64,000 nt of DNA from an uncultured Thiohalobacter sp. (GCA_964469575.1 CAYYAP010000001.1:2581-66580); one strand, 5' to 3'; positions 53,343-63,652 are shown, counted from the first letter of the stretch. Translations and numbers: made by a program. Notes: generated by a model not told the origin, from the letters alone.

Positions 53343-54278
53343 TCACCCTCTCGGGTGATGCCGCTCGTGCAATTGCCGAAGTCGCTCGCGGGCGACATGC
53401 GTATAGATCTGCGTGGTAGACAGGTCGCTATGTCCGAGCAACATTTGTACGACACGCAGATCGGCGCCATGGTTCACCAGGTGCGTGGCAAACGCGTGCC
53501 GCAGTGTATGCGGCGACAAGTGCGTGGAAATCTTTACTTTTACAGCGTATTGGCGAATCCTGTACCACAACGCCTGGCGGGTTATTGCACTGGCCTTGCG
53601 CGACACAAACAGCGCATCGATCGAGGCGCCGCGTGATAGCTGCGGGCGCGCTTCTTTCAGGTAAAGCGCCACCCGGCGCAAAGCCTCCTCACCCACCGGC
53701 ACCAGGCGTTCCTTGCTACCCTTGCCCAGTACCCTGACAACACCCTGGTTGAGATTGATCCGGTCGGCCGTCAGGGTCACCAGCTCGGAGACACGCAGCC
53801 CGCTGGCATACAGCAGTTCAAGCATGGCGCGATCGCGGATACCGATCGGCTGGCGGGTGTCCGGCGCATTGAGCAAGGCTTCCACCTGACGTTCACTCAG
53901 TGTGTGAGGCAGGGGCCGATCCAGTTTGGGTGAAGCGATATTGGCGCTGGGATCGTCCGTGCGCCGACCTTCACGCACCAGGTAGCGATAGAAGCGTCGC
54001 AGGGTTGACAGTAAGCGTGCATTGCTGCGCAACTTGCGACCGGCGCGATACTGCACAGACAGGTAGGCGTTCAGCTGAATTTCATCGGCCTCCGTCAATG
54101 TGACAGCCTGTGTCTGCAACCAGCGCACAAAACCACACAGATCCCGGCGGTAGGCTGCCAGGGTATTTTCGCTCAGACCGTTTTCCACCCACAAGGCATC
54201 GATAAAATGTTCGATCACATTAAGGTCAACTTCGGGACACGGATCGCCCCGGCCTGTTCCTGAACAGCTTGATGACAT
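53343..54278 (-). CDS. xerD: Site-specific tyrosine recombinase XerD
   Basis: FIDALWVENGLSENTLAAYRRDL N-terminus. Catalytic region RDRAMLELLYASGLRVSEL...HTLRHAFATHL...LLGHSDLSTTQIYTHV. Confidence 0.9.
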   Translation of the reverse strand: MSSSCSGTGRGDPCPEVDLNVIEHFIDALWVENGLSENTLAAYRRDLCGFVRWLQTQAVTLTEADEIQLNAYLSVQYRAGRKLRSNARLLSTLRRFYRYLVREGRRTDDPSANIASPKLDRPLPHTLSERQVEALLNAPDTRQPIGIRDRAMLELLYASGLRVSELVTLTADRINLNQGVVRVLGKGSKERLVPVGEEALRRVALYLKEARPQLSRGASIDALFVSRKASAITRQALWYRIRQYAVKVKISTHLSPHTLRHAFATHLVNHGADLRVVQMLLGHSDLSTTQIYTHVARERLRQLHERHHPRG

Positions 54279-54349
54279 GGCTTTTGACTACTTTGACACC
54301 TGCCGATACCCTACCACAATCGCAGCCCCCTGAAAGTAAAGCGCCTGTC

Positions 54350-54961
54350 ATGACAGCACGAAGCACCATCCCGCTCACGGACATCAGTCTGCTGATACTT
54401 GCCGGTGGCAAGGGCAGCCGTATGCACGGACAGGACAAGGGGCTGATGGAAGTGGCGGGCAAACCCGCTGTGGAACACCTGCTGGAACGCTTTTCCGCCT
54501 GCCCCTGCCCCGTGCTGATCAGCGCCAACCGCAACCTGGAGCGCTACGCCGCCTATGGCCACTCGGTCATCCAGGACACGCTCGATGATTTCCATGGACC
54601 CCTCGCCGGTATGCTGGCCGGGCTCATGGCCGCCACCGGCAAGTATGTCCTGACACTGCCGGTCGATGCACCACTGGTCAGCGCGCAGTACCCCGCGCGT
54701 ATGGCCTCGGCGCTCGCTGAAAACGGCGGCAAGGCGTGTGTCGCCAGCCTGAACCAGCGTATCGAACCGGTCTTCTGCCTGCTGGACAGAAGCCTGGCGC
54801 CTGACCTGCAGGGTTATCTTGACCGGGGGCATCGCGCCGCCAATGGCTGGCTGAGGGAAATTGCCGCCCTGCCCGTGGACTTTTCGGATACCCCGCAACA
54901 ATTCATCAACCTGAATGTTGAGCAGGATCAGAAACTGTTGAGGCGCTATCTGTCACCATGA
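54350..54961 (+). CDS. mobA: Molybdenum cofactor guanylyltransferase MobA
   Basis: LILAGGKGSRMHGQDKGL motif. ATGA overlap with mobB. The start is placed at the internal ATG 54350. Confidence 0.85.
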   Translation: MTARSTIPLTDISLLILAGGKGSRMHGQDKGLMEVAGKPAVEHLLERFSACPCPVLISANRNLERYAAYGHSVIQDTLDDFHGPLAGMLAGLMAATGKYVLTLPVDAPLVSAQYPARMASALAENGGKACVASLNQRIEPVFCLLDRSLAPDLQGYLDRGHRAANGWLREIAALPVDFSDTPQQFINLNVEQDQKLLRRYLSP

Positions 54962-55509
54962 CGGGCAAATCGACCATGACAGAACTCACTGCGCCCTTCC
55001 CGGTTATCGGCTTTGCCGCCTGTAGTGGTACCGGTAAAACCACCCTGCTGACACAGCTGCTGCCGCTGTTGTCTGCACACGGGCTGCGCGTTGGAATGAT
55101 CAAACACTCACACCACGACTTCGAAATCGACAAACCCGGCAAGGACAGCTATCGTCTGCGTGAAGCCGGCGCACAACAGTTATTGATTGCCTCGCCGCAC
55201 CGCACCGTATGGATCGGGGAAAACCCGCAACCGCGCGAACCCTTGCTGGAAGAACTGCTTGAACGTATGGCAAAAGACAGCCTCGACCTGGTACTGGTGG
55301 AAGGGTTTCGCCACGTGGCATTCCCGAAAATCGAACTGCACCGCGCAGCCACCGGTAAACCGCTGCTGCACCCGGATGACAGTTCCATTATTGCTATCGC
55401 CAGTGACGAACCACTGAACACAACCCTGCCCTGCCTGGACCTCAACCAGCCGGAAGCCATCGCAGGGTTTATTCTTGAAATGATGACATCCCACCGGACA
55501 GGAACATAA
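54958..55509 (+). CDS. mobB: Molybdopterin-guanine dinucleotide biosynthesis adaptor MobB
   Basis: P-loop GFAACSGTGKTTLL and KHSHHDFEIDKPGKDS motif. Confidence 0.85.
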   Translation: MTGKSTMTELTAPFPVIGFAACSGTGKTTLLTQLLPLLSAHGLRVGMIKHSHHDFEIDKPGKDSYRLREAGAQQLLIASPHRTVWIGENPQPREPLLEELLERMAKDSLDLVLVEGFRHVAFPKIELHRAATGKPLLHPDDSSIIAIASDEPLNTTLPCLDLNQPEAIAGFILEMMTSHRTGT

Positions 55510-56768
55510 TGATGAATGACACCCGTGTAGATTGCTGCGGCGATCCGTCGCAGAAACTGCTTAGCGTCGAACAGGGCCGCCAGCGCATACTCGATGCCGT
55601 ACCCGTCATAAGCGATCACGAACAGCTGCCCCTGCGCGCCGCACTGAACCGCGTGCTGGCAGAGGAGGTGATATCTGCCATAGATGTGCCGCCATTCGCC
55701 AATTCGGCCATGGATGGCTACGCCATACGCTACCAGGACTGTAGCGACGCTGCGCCGTGCACACTGACCGTGGCGGGTGAATCCTTTGCCGGCAGACCGT
55801 TCGAAGGTCAGGTGGAACCCGGGCAATGTATACGCATTATGACCGGCGCGGTGGTGCCGGATAGCGCGGATACGGTGTTGATGCAGGAAAACGTTGAACG
55901 TGTGGATGAACAGATCCGCTTTGACCCCGCCAGGGTGAGAAAAAGCCAGCATGTCCGCCACGCCGGCGAAGACACACGCGTTGGACACGCGGTACTCGAA
56001 CCCGGCAAACGACTGGGGCCGGCCGAACTGGGCCTGCTCGCCTCTGTCGGCGTGGGCGAGATTCGCGTACACCGCAAGTTACGCGTGGCGTTCTTCTCGA
56101 CCGGTGATGAACTCATCCCTGTCGGCACGCCGTTACAGGCCGGACAGATCTACGACAGCAATCGCTACGCGCTCTACGGCCTGCTGCACAATGCCGGCGT
56201 CGAATACCACGATCTGGGTGTTATCCCTGACCAGCGCGACGCGGTGCGTGATGCCTTCCGGCAGGCCGGCGCCATGGCCGACCTGATACTGACCTCCGGG
56301 GGGGTATCCGTCGGCGAAGCGGACTTCGTCACTGAAACACTGGAGGAACTGGGCGAAATCAATTTCTGGCGTATGGCCATGAAACCCGGTAAACCGCTGG
56401 CCTTCGGCCAGCTGGGTGATGCCATGTTCTTCGGCCTGCCCGGTAACCCGGTATCCGCCATGGTGACCTTCTACCAGTTCGTGTTACCGGCGATCCGCAG
56501 GATGAGCGGCGAGCAGGCGCGCGACCCGCTACTGTTCGAAGCGCGTTGTGGAAATGCATTGAAAAAGGCACCAGGCCGCACGGAGTTTCAACGTGGCATT
56601 CTGCAACGTGAGGCCGACGGAAGCTGGCGGGTATCCACCACCGGCCTGCAGGGTTCACATGTCCTGAGCTCCATGAGTCACGCCAACTGTTTTATCCTGC
56701 TTGCCGCTGACAGCAGCGGCGTCGCTGAAGGCGAGAATGTGCTGGTTCAGCCGTTCAGGGATTTCTAG
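55509..56768 (+). CDS. moeA: Molybdopterin molybdenumtransferase MoeA
   Basis: 419 aa with FANSAMDGYA, ...STGDEL..., ...TSGGVSVGEADF.. and ..GLPGNPVSA.. motifs. TAATG overlap with mobB. Confidence 0.9.
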   Translation: MMNDTRVDCCGDPSQKLLSVEQGRQRILDAVPVISDHEQLPLRAALNRVLAEEVISAIDVPPFANSAMDGYAIRYQDCSDAAPCTLTVAGESFAGRPFEGQVEPGQCIRIMTGAVVPDSADTVLMQENVERVDEQIRFDPARVRKSQHVRHAGEDTRVGHAVLEPGKRLGPAELGLLASVGVGEIRVHRKLRVAFFSTGDELIPVGTPLQAGQIYDSNRYALYGLLHNAGVEYHDLGVIPDQRDAVRDAFRQAGAMADLILTSGGVSVGEADFVTETLEELGEINFWRMAMKPGKPLAFGQLGDAMFFGLPGNPVSAMVTFYQFVLPAIRRMSGEQARDPLLFEARCGNALKKAPGRTEFQRGILQREADGSWRVSTTGLQGSHVLSSMSHANCFILLAADSSGVAEGENVLVQPFRDF

Positions 56769-57137
56769 TTACTGTTTAGCCTGCTGCTCGGCAATATCAG
56801 CGCGAACCTTGTCCATGTCCAGCGCCCTGACCTGCTCAATCAACTGGTCCAGGGCGGAGGCCGGCAGTGCGCCGGCCTGGGAAAAGACCATAATTCCCTC
56901 GCGCAGGATCGCCAGCATGGGGATCGAACGTACCTGGAAACTGGCGGCCAGTTCCGACTGCGCTTCGGTGTCTACCTTGCCAAAGACTATATCGGGGTTA
57001 GCCTCGGATGCCGCCTCGAACACCGGGGCAAAGTTCTGGCAAGGCCCGCACCACGACGCCCAGAAGTCGAGAAACACAATATCGTTATTATCGATGGTTT
57101 CCCTGAGATTTTCATTACTGAGTTCGATTGTTGCCAT
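56769..57137 (-). CDS. trxA: Thioredoxin
   Basis: 122 aa with the FWASWCGPCQ active site. Confidence 0.9.
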   Translation of the reverse strand: MATIELSNENLRETIDNNDIVFLDFWASWCGPCQNFAPVFEAASEANPDIVFGKVDTEAQSELAASFQVRSIPMLAILREGIMVFSQAGALPASALDQLIEQVRALDMDKVRADIAEQQAKQ

Positions 57138-57235
57138 GAGCAGTCCTGTTACGTCGGTTTATACAGTAAACCGAGTGTAGCAAGCGTGGCTAACAGGAAA
57201 AACCTTGAAAACAACAGAAAGGAAGCGTAGGGAAC

Positions 57236-58849
57236 TCAGTTATCGCTGCGCTGGTGACGTTCTTCGGAACCGGCTTCAGAGGATTTTTCGTCCTGATCAG
57301 ACCCGCCATCCTTGCTATAGGTAGCGTCGAGTTCAACGCGATTACGCCCGAGCCGCTTGGCGCTATACAACGCCTTGTCGGCACGCTCGATAAACGCGCT
57401 CGCTGTTTCACCCGGTTTGTACAGGGAGACACCGGATGAGAAGGTCGGAACCGGGATCATTTCACCATTAGCCTGCCAGCGGGTTTCCAGCGCGCGATTT
57501 CGCACCTTGGTCAGGGCGCGCAACGAACCTTCCGCATCCGTATTGGGCAGCAACACGGCGAATTCCTCACCGCCATAGCGCGCAACCAGATCATGGTGGC
57601 GGAAAATGGACAAAATATTCTTGGAATACAGCTGCAGCACTTCGTCACCACCGCCATGCCCGTATTTGTCGTTGACCAGCTTGAAATGATCCAGATCGAT
57701 CAGTGATAAGGACAACGGGAAACCATAACGCTGCACACGCGCGACTTCATCCTCGATGCGCCGCAGGAAGGCGCGACGATTCGGCAGGCCGGTCAGTTCA
57801 TCCGTCAGGCTGAGCAACCTGACACGGGTTAACTCATCGCTGAGCTGACGGCTGTCAGACTCAACCAGTTGCAGATAGTGATGGGTATTGTCGAGCTTCT
57901 CGGCAAGATCGTGGTGGCCCTTGGTCAATTTTTCAATTTCCCGGATCAGCGTCCAGCGCAGGTCTTCCAGTTCCTTGCCTTCACCGGCATGACGCAGTTC
58001 ACCCAGCACCACTTCCAGTAGCACACCGAATTCCTCGTTCTGCGTAATGGTGCCCTGCACCTGCCGGTTCAGTGTCGATTGCAACTTCTGGATATCACGA
58101 CGTTTGGAATCCAGGTGACTGCGGTAGGCATGATCGACCCGCCCCTCATCCGCAATCGCACCGTCCTGAACCCCATCATCGTGGCGGTTGTTGTGTGCGT
58201 GTGACGCGGCCTGTTCACTGGCATCAGAACCGGACTCACCCTCACCGGTATCGCCGCTGAATGGCCACTCTCTTTCTGCTTCGCTTTGCGAAGCCTCTGC
58301 CTGGACCGGCTCTGGCTCGCCAATCGATGGCTCTACCGGCGCAGGCGCTTCAGGTTCGGGTTCGGGTTCCTGCTGCGCGAGTTCAGGTTCGGGTTCTGGC
58401 TCAGGTTCGGACTGTGCAGTGGCCGCTTTCTCCGGCTGCGCATCGATAATACCGAATGACCGCAATAACGGATTGACGGCATCCTGGAACAGGCTGGAAT
58501 CAAGATTGCGAATCGCCTCAACCTGACTGGCGTACAACTCAACATAGTCGCGCAGGGTTTCAAGGTCACCCGCTGTCAGCGGTGGCTGAAGCCGGGCCTG
58601 CAACAGCCGCACCTGGACCTGTAACGGGGAACCGTCCCTGAGATGATTCAGGTACGCATCCAGCAGCTGGTTAATCAGGGTGACATAAGCACGTTCGACG
58701 ACCTGCTGACTGTCCACGACATCGTCGAGCATGCGTTCGACCTGCCGGTAGATGACGCTACCGGTCTGCGAATGGCGCAACGCATCCAGCATGCACAAAA
58801 TTTTGTGCATGCCAGCCGCTTCAATTCCATTGAAATGTGTAGCGCCCAT
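57236..58849 (-). CDS. GGDEF-domain diguanylate cyclase with uncharacterised N-terminal region and acidic (EP)n linker
   Basis: C-terminal LTGLPNRRAF...RYGGEEFAVLLPNT...SSGVS...ADKALYSAKRLGRNRV. The N-terminal ~130 aa are helical, followed by a Glu/Pro repeat. Confidence 0.85.
   Translation of the reverse strand: MGATHFNGIEAAGMHKILCMLDALRHSQTGSVIYRQVERMLDDVVDSQQVVERAYVTLINQLLDAYLNHLRDGSPLQVQVRLLQARLQPPLTAGDLETLRDYVELYASQVEAIRNLDSSLFQDAVNPLLRSFGIIDAQPEKAATAQSEPEPEPEPELAQQEPEPEPEAPAPVEPSIGEPEPVQAEASQSEAEREWPFSGDTGEGESGSDASEQAASHAHNNRHDDGVQDGAIADEGRVDHAYRSHLDSKRRDIQKLQSTLNRQVQGTITQNEEFGVLLEVVLGELRHAGEGKELEDLRWTLIREIEKLTKGHHDLAEKLDNTHHYLQLVESDSRQLSDELTRVRLLSLTDELTGLPNRRAFLRRIEDEVARVQRYGFPLSLSLIDLDHFKLVNDKYGHGGGDEVLQLYSKNILSIFRHHDLVARYGGEEFAVLLPNTDAEGSLRALTKVRNRALETRWQANGEMIPVPTFSSGVSLYKPGETASAFIERADKALYSAKRLGRNRVELDATYSKDGGSDQDEKSSEAGSEERHQRSDN
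58351..58410. repeat. In-frame hexanucleotide (GGTTCN / GAACCN) tandem repeats
   Basis: Two blocks, caggttcgggttcgggttcc and gttcaggttcgggttctggctcaggttcgg, encode EPEPEPEPE-LAQQ-EPEPEPE on the minus strand. Confidence 0.6.
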
Positions 58850-59310
58850 ACCTCGACTTAAACTCCCACGATACTGAACTATTATTGTTTTCTGACCCGG
58901 CCCCGCCGGAAATTCAATTTTTATACTCAGTACAGAAAGTTACTCCGGTTACAACGAAAGGACAAACGGCTGTCGGACGGATATCCGCTTCTATAGATAA
59001 AGCTTTTGAAATGATTGAACAAATACAACTTCCCGGGAAATTAGCGGGAAATTCAGGCGTGGCATTTTTTTGACAGTTATATCAGTGCAATAGGGCAGAC
59101 CTGGTATCAGTGCATACGGCCAGGTTACTACTGGCCAGATGTCTATGGCGACATTTTCTTACAGTAAATACCGCCATTTTCGTCGCAGCGACATAGCTGA
59201 TTTCGACAAGGTTTCCGCGCAACAACGAAGCTTCCGGATGACATTTAATTGACAGAAGCAGGTTGAAGACCACCCGGCTATCGCTGCCAGACGGGAGGTC
59301 TTCTCCCTGC

Positions 59311-60039
<729 letters not shown>

Positions 60040-60115
60040 TTATCCTCAGCACGACCGGCAAACAACACACAATAGAATATATAAGGGGATGCGGAAGATT
60101 TATGACAGCTGCAAG

Positions 60116-61324
60116 TCAATTGAGCTGGACGCGCTGTCCCCACGGCACCTGACCGCGGCCCTTGACCAGCCACAGCACCGGGTAAGCCGGTTCTGTTTTG
60201 GGGAATTCCCCCTGGGCATCGGTAAAGTACACCAGCAAATCAGGCTTGAGGGTTTCCTGATCCAGCCACTCAAATACGGGGGTGAAGCACGTACCACCCC
60301 GGCCAACAATCCCTTCGGGCAGGGTAAACGTTTCCCAGGGTTCATAAACCCAGGGTCCGTTCTGACACAATGCAGCATCACAGGCATGCAGGACCAGGCG
60401 CGCGCACACCTGCCCCTTGATGGCATCGACTTCAGTCACGAACTCCTGCATTTCCGTGTCATGGATCGAGCCACTGGTATCCAGCACCAGGGTAATATTG
60501 ACCTGCGCGCTCCTCAACGTGGGTAATATCGCTTCGCCTTCACGTCGTGACGGACGCTGGTAACTGTAATCGTCGCGCGCCACCGCCGTCATGTAACGCG
60601 CCAGCAGCATCCTCCAGGGTAACTGTGGCTGTAACAGGTGGTCGACCAGCCGCATCATGGCAGCGCCCAGTTTGCCCGCCTGCCGGGCCTGCTGCGCGGC
60701 GCCCGCGAGGCGCTGACGCCATTGCACGGCAAGTTGTTCCTGCTCCGTTTCGCTTAAAGGTTGGGGCTGAGCACCCTGCGACGAATCGGCATCCTCGTCC
60801 TGCGCCTGTCCACTTCCACCGTCCGGGTCATCCGCCTGTGAGGGTCCACCCGATGAATCACCCCGGGAATCATTCTCCTGGTCGTAGAAGTGGTCGTCGT
60901 GGGTTTCTTCCTCGCTATCCGCCTCGATGTAGGGATAGATTTCCTCTGCCATCATGCCTTCGAATCCGCTTTTCAGCAGAACGCCGGGCGGTGGCTTGAG
61001 ACCGTCCTGGATCAGCAGTGGATTGATGGCCAGATCACAGGCTATATCCCAGCGATGCTTGACGCGGTGCTGGCGACGGGCAAAGTGCGAGAGGGCACAG
61101 TGCAAGGCTTCGTGCGCCAGTACGAACTGCGTCTGATCCAGTGATAGCTGGCTGATGTACTCCGGGTTGTAATAAAGCGCGCGGACATCGGTACCAATGC
61201 TTTTGCAGCGTTCCGGTTTGGTCGCCTTCATGGGCAGACGCAGCACCAGCGCACCAAGGAATGGTTTATCGAGAATCAGCCGGGTACGTGCAGCGCTGAG
61301 CTTGGTTTCGATATCGTCCGACAT
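60116..61324 (-). CDS. Putative metallopeptidase (HExxH) + VWA-like domain protein (DUF2201-type architecture)
   Basis: N-terminal LAHEALHCAL (HExxH), a long acidic low-complexity linker and a C-terminal VWA-like domain with MIDAS-like VLDTSGS. I place the start at ATG 61324, one nt after the upstream TAA. The track TTG is at 61336. Confidence 0.8.
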   Translation of the reverse strand: MSDDIETKLSAARTRLILDKPFLGALVLRLPMKATKPERCKSIGTDVRALYYNPEYISQLSLDQTQFVLAHEALHCALSHFARRQHRVKHRWDIACDLAINPLLIQDGLKPPPGVLLKSGFEGMMAEEIYPYIEADSEEETHDDHFYDQENDSRGDSSGGPSQADDPDGGSGQAQDEDADSSQGAQPQPLSETEQEQLAVQWRQRLAGAAQQARQAGKLGAAMMRLVDHLLQPQLPWRMLLARYMTAVARDDYSYQRPSRREGEAILPTLRSAQVNITLVLDTSGSIHDTEMQEFVTEVDAIKGQVCARLVLHACDAALCQNGPWVYEPWETFTLPEGIVGRGGTCFTPVFEWLDQETLKPDLLVYFTDAQGEFPKTEPAYPVLWLVKGRGQVPWGQRVQLN

Positions 61325-61325
61325 G

Positions 61326-62372
61326 TTACATTTCAAACAGCATCACGTCGGCGACCGCCTTGGCCCATTTGGAAAACTGCGGCACCTGGAACAACTCCTG
61401 GCCGATGGCACGGTGCATGTCGGAAATCAGCATGACACCCATTTCACGCTGGGGGAAAGCACCGGCATAATCGATGATATGCCCGTATACTTTCTGTGCA
61501 TCCGCCTCGTCACGCACACGAATCGAACGGCCAACCAGCGCCGAAGCCACGGCATACTGCAAATCCGTTTCTTTCGGCACCCCGACCTTCTCGCCACGGG
61601 TGATCGCGTCGATATCCGGCAACTTGTCGAGGTTGTCGACAAAGGCGTGCAACTCGATGCCGGCTGCCGGGCCTACGCAGGCCTGCAGGGCTTCCACCAG
61701 CACGGCGGGATGACGATCAAACTTTTGCAGGGCACGGTGCGCAAACTCCCAGGAACGCGGTGAGGGGAAGGCCACCGGGTTATGGGCCGGGTCAAATTCA
61801 AATAACAGTTCCGGCCGGAAACGCAGGAAGGCGATCAGGCGTTCATCAATGCCATTGGCATACGCCCAGGCTACCCAGTCGTCGAGATTAACGTCCAGTT
61901 CGTAGTGCGAAAAACGGTTGGCCAGCGGCGATGGCATGCTGTAGGTGACACCGCGATCACCCTGGCGGTTGCCGGCGGCGAAAATCGCCCAGCCTTCCGG
62001 CACCGTATAGGCACCGAGCTGGCGATCCAGGATCAACTGGTAGGCCGCCGCCGACACACTGGGCGGAACCGAGGTGATTTCGTCGAGGAACAGAATACCT
62101 TTTTCACCATGACGCTCAACATCCGGGAGCATGGCCGGTACTGCCCATTCGACACTATCCCCGACCCGGAACGGAATACCGCGCAGGTCTGTCGGTTCCA
62201 TTTGCGACAGGCGGATATCAATGACCGGCACCCCGTGACGCCCGGCAATCTGGGCGACAATCTGGGACTTGCCCACCCCCGGCGGCCCCCACAGCATCAC
62301 CGGGGTGTGCTGGCCGTGCTGGACACTTTCAAATTCGGTTTCAAGGATGATCAATAGCTGCAATGGGCGCAT
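61326..62372 (-). CDS. MoxR-class AAA+ ATPase (AAA_5-like)
   Basis: Walker A LWGPPGVGKSQI and Walker B ILFLDEITS. Single AAA+ module plus a helical C-terminal region. Translationally coupled to the VWA gene. Confidence 0.85.
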   Translation of the reverse strand: MRPLQLLIILETEFESVQHGQHTPVMLWGPPGVGKSQIVAQIAGRHGVPVIDIRLSQMEPTDLRGIPFRVGDSVEWAVPAMLPDVERHGEKGILFLDEITSVPPSVSAAAYQLILDRQLGAYTVPEGWAIFAAGNRQGDRGVTYSMPSPLANRFSHYELDVNLDDWVAWAYANGIDERLIAFLRFRPELLFEFDPAHNPVAFPSPRSWEFAHRALQKFDRHPAVLVEALQACVGPAAGIELHAFVDNLDKLPDIDAITRGEKVGVPKETDLQYAVASALVGRSIRVRDEADAQKVYGHIIDYAGAFPQREMGVMLISDMHRAIGQELFQVPQFSKWAKAVADVMLFEM

Positions 62373-62591
62373 GTCTGCTCCGGTTGTACGGTGGTGGTGG
62401 CCACCTCCTGCAAAGGCGCAACATGTTACTGAAACTGGCCGTAAAATGCATGGCGATCATAAAAATCCACCAGAACACAAGGGGTTAAACAAGCCCATTG
62501 TCAGGGCGATGCAGAACGGAACCGTTCACTTAATTTTTTGCCTGCGCAGCCGTTATGAAGATTATCAAATTGACAACTAAACAGACGCTAC

Positions 62592-63272
62592 ATGCCTTCA
62601 CTAGACATCCGTTTTACGCGCCTTTTGCTTTGCTCGTCCGACAAGGGAAAACTCGAACCACTCCGCAAACGCTTCGAAGCCGCCGGTATCCAGGTGGACT
62701 GCGTGACGCGCGCCGAGGACGCCCGACAACTGCTGTGGGAGCACCACTACGACGGCATTGCCATTGACCTGCTGCTGGCTGACCGCGACGGCATTTCCTT
62801 TGCCATGGAGCTGCGCCAGGAACACCCCCGCACCTCGGTGCTGGTGATTTCCACGACCCGCGAGACAGAACGCGGCGACAGCGGCCCTGACTGGCTGTCA
62901 CGCTCGGCGGACTATGCACGACTGTTATTTGCCCTGAAGCAGGCCGGTCAACGCTCGGCCGGTCGCCCACCGAAAATCCTGCATGTTGAAGACGACGACA
63001 GCCTGGCGGAACTGGTCCAGAACACCATCGGCAACCAGACCCAGCTGTTCCGCGCCCGTTCCGCGCAGGAAGCACAGATTGCCATGGCCTTGCGTGACTA
63101 TGATCTGGCGCTGATCCGTACCGATGTACCCCAGAACAACCTGAGCTGGCAGAGCACACTGGCCGGCACACAACCGCTGGAAATCAGTACGGGGCCAGGC
63201 AATGATCCAGTGCTGAATATCCTCAACAACCTGCGCCGACCCGCCTTTATTCACGAACCGGCTTATTGCTAG
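62592..63272 (+). CDS. Orphan protein with two receiver-like half-domains, no output domain
   Basis: 226 aa. Segment 1: RLLLCSSD...IAIDLLLADRDG...VLVIS. Segment 2: ILHVEDDDSLAELV...LALIRTDVP. Both are REC-like but divergent. Confidence 0.6.
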   Translation: MPSLDIRFTRLLLCSSDKGKLEPLRKRFEAAGIQVDCVTRAEDARQLLWEHHYDGIAIDLLLADRDGISFAMELRQEHPRTSVLVISTTRETERGDSGPDWLSRSADYARLLFALKQAGQRSAGRPPKILHVEDDDSLAELVQNTIGNQTQLFRARSAQEAQIAMALRDYDLALIRTDVPQNNLSWQSTLAGTQPLEISTGPGNDPVLNILNNLRRPAFIHEPAYC

Positions 63273-63652
63273 GTTATCTCTTTCAGGTTACGTAACTGAC
63301 GACGGGATTTTTTGTCCGGCTTGTGCTGTGGACGCGGCGTGCTGGCCACCGCCAGCCGAAACTGTTCAGACACGGCCTCACGTTTACGTATACTGTCCCC
63401 GGATTCCTGGTACAGGGTTTGTGCCGTGCTGGCGGGGCCACGCCGGCCTGACAGCACGAGAACCTCTACCTGCCAGGTCAGCCCACCTTTATGAATCGCC
63501 AGGTTGTCGCCAACCTTGACGGTTCGCGCCGGTTTTACCCGCGCGCCGTTGAGCTGTACCTTGCCACCCGACACCGCATGCGCCGCGATACTCCGCGTCT
63601 TGAAAAAACGCGCGGCCCACAACCATTTGTCCAGACGTACCGGCTCACTCAT
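63269..63652 (-). CDS. hslR: Ribosome-associated heat-shock protein Hsp15 (S4 domain)
   Basis: VRLDKWLWAARFFKTRSIAAHAVSGGKVQLNGARVKPARTVKVGD is the HslR S4 signature. Basic C-terminal tail. Confidence 0.85.
   Translation of the reverse strand: MSEPVRLDKWLWAARFFKTRSIAAHAVSGGKVQLNGARVKPARTVKVGDNLAIHKGGLTWQVEVLVLSGRRGPASTAQTLYQESGDSIRKREAVSEQFRLAVASTPRPQHKPDKKSRRQLRNLKEIT

Noticed and set aside
53343-54278. Tyrosine recombinase as a mobile-element integrase
   Set aside because: The sequence has the XerD-specific N-terminus and C-terminal motifs and sits in the conserved xerD-dsbC context. It is chromosome-dimer resolution, not an MGE.
55149-56072. 307-aa minus-strand ORF
   Set aside because: It is antisense to mobB and moeA, both of which carry diagnostic motifs.
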